Below, one piece after another: positions 62,801 through 64,000 of a stretch of DNA of 64,000 nt. Each line of letters opens with the position of its first letter. Within the stretch, counting starts at the first letter, position 1. Location of the stretch: NCBI GenBank assembly GCA_030704615.1, contig CM060734.1, positions 46,314,001-46,378,000 of the forward strand, read 5' to 3'. Origin of the DNA: Takakia lepidozioides. Taxonomy: Eukaryota > Plantae > Bryophyta. The notes below the pieces were generated by a model. The model had not been told where the DNA came from, ran no database searches, and saw nothing but the letters and a program-made list of their open reading frames with translations. A program made the translations under genes and the position numbers.

Positions 62801-63654
62801 ACAATACTGGCATGAGGCAAGTACCATGTTGAAGGAATTAATTGCCTTCCAAGTTGTACATGGATTCATTTATACCAAGACCAAGGAGGTAGCAAGTATT
62901 GTCATGGGATGTGGGTTATACTACGTTGCTTGTTTTCTGGTACATTATCACATTGAGCAGCACAAGATGCAAGCGCGCTTTCTGAGTTATTCCAGTGGGG
63001 ATCATTGGATCTAACTTTTTAGTGCCACCTCATATGTACCTATATGAGGCAAAAGTTATGATGCAAAAAGATTCTCAAATTTGTTCATGGTTTCAAGCGG
63101 CCTGGAACAATTTGTCAACACAGAAATTCGGCATTGATGATATTTTCTATAAGGGACATGTGGCATGGAAATACTTGCACGCTGCACAAGTAATTGGTAC
63201 CCCACTCACCTGGACTGACAAGGAGCTCAGTGTCTTCACCAATTTTGATGTTCAGCGTTTACAGCAAGTTGTAAAATATAAACTTCCAGACATGGTAGGA
63301 CAACATTGTATGCCCCAGAGGATTCCACAAAAAGTTCGACAATTAAAACACCTGAGAGGCGATGAGGATTCTGATACAACTACTTCTTCAGCGGACTCTT
63401 TTGACATGGGAGAAGACTATGCAATTCAGATGGTAGAGAAGAAGCGACGGGGGTCTCCTATGCCTGAAAGGTTACCTCGATATCAGCCTCCAGAGGGCCT
63501 CACTTATCCTGGTAGTGTTCAAACATCTCCGTCAACCAGTGACAGACCACGGGCTCGTACACACAGTCCGCCACGAAACTCTCAACGTCAGAAAGGTGCT
63601 CATTCACCAAGGTTTGCATCGCAATCAGTAAATCGTGAGGACACGGCTTTTTGA
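59879..63654 (+). pseudogene. Long extra 3' ORF in the env-like position, fragmented; plant-transposon-protein-like N-part plus coiled coil
   Basis: Successive + strand ORFs. TTVKGVELVITPLYLQQLFRLP and EVEWADIMYNALVEEM resemble accessory ORFs of plant LTR elements; Q/E/L-rich coil at ~61.4-62.4 kb; stop abuts the PPT. Confidence 0.65.
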
Positions 63655-63669
63655 GAGGGGAAGGGGTAA
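63654..63669 (+). promoter_or_regulatory. Polypurine tract
   Basis: AGAGGGGAAGGGGTAA immediately before the 3' LTR TG. Confidence 0.85.
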
Positions 63670-64000
63670 TGTTAGAGGACTGTCTGGGACTTGGACACTT
63701 ATACGGGATCTATAGGGTACCCTTAATTTTTGCACAGACTGAGAGCAACAGGAGCCTTAGGGGTGACAGCAGAGCACTGTAGAGGGGGGTTACACAGTCC
63801 GTCACAGTCGTCACAGCCGACACAGCCAGACACAGTTAGCACAGCTCGTCACAGCCCGACACAGCCATCACAGCCAACATAGCCCGTCACAGCCGACACA
63901 GCCACACAGCCAGTCACAGCCGACACAGCCCGTCACAGCTGACACAGCCACACAGCCAGTCACAGCCCGACACAGCCAAACACAGTCGCACAGCCAGTCA
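63670..64000 (+). repeat. 3' LTR (partial)
   Basis: Near-identical to 51615 onward. Confidence 0.93.

Larger units (their letters stand above)
51615..64000 (+). mobile_element. Ty3/Gypsy LTR retrotransposon with extra 5' and 3' ORFs; 3' LTR cut by window edge
   Basis: LTR-PBS-gag-PR-RT-RH-INT-extra ORF-PPT-LTR order. No chromodomain recognised. Confidence 0.95.

Overview
Eukaryotic, intron-containing DNA, most likely from a non-seed land plant (inferred from gene and TE content). Two convergent host genes sit in the middle: a full-size ABCB/MDR transporter (+, ~23.8-31.7 kb) and pyruvate decarboxylase (-, ~32.8-37.9 kb). Nested transposons flank them. Left: a complete ~15.3-kb Mutator-like element (1311-16607, TIRs, GTCACAAC target-site duplication) inserted in the leader of a truncated LTR retrotransposon. 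Right: a second, strongly diverged member of the same group (from 41301), interrupted by a ~12.4-kb Ty3/Gypsy element that runs off the window. Both Mutator-like elements share a head-to-head layout: a GCM-like-zinc-finger/DDE(/SWIM) transposase, and a multi-exon gene fusing a ParB/Srx-like domain (DGNHR) to a prokaryote-type beta-class N6A/N4C DNA methyltransferase fold with DIPD in place of DPPY. Each element also carries its own non-coding 22-24-bp palindrome. In element 1 it forms a CRISPR-looking array with an almost exact 53-bp period. This ParB-MTase plus cognate-palindrome module is the main candidate novel system. Domain calls are by eye from motifs; no database searches were run, and exon boundaries are approximate.
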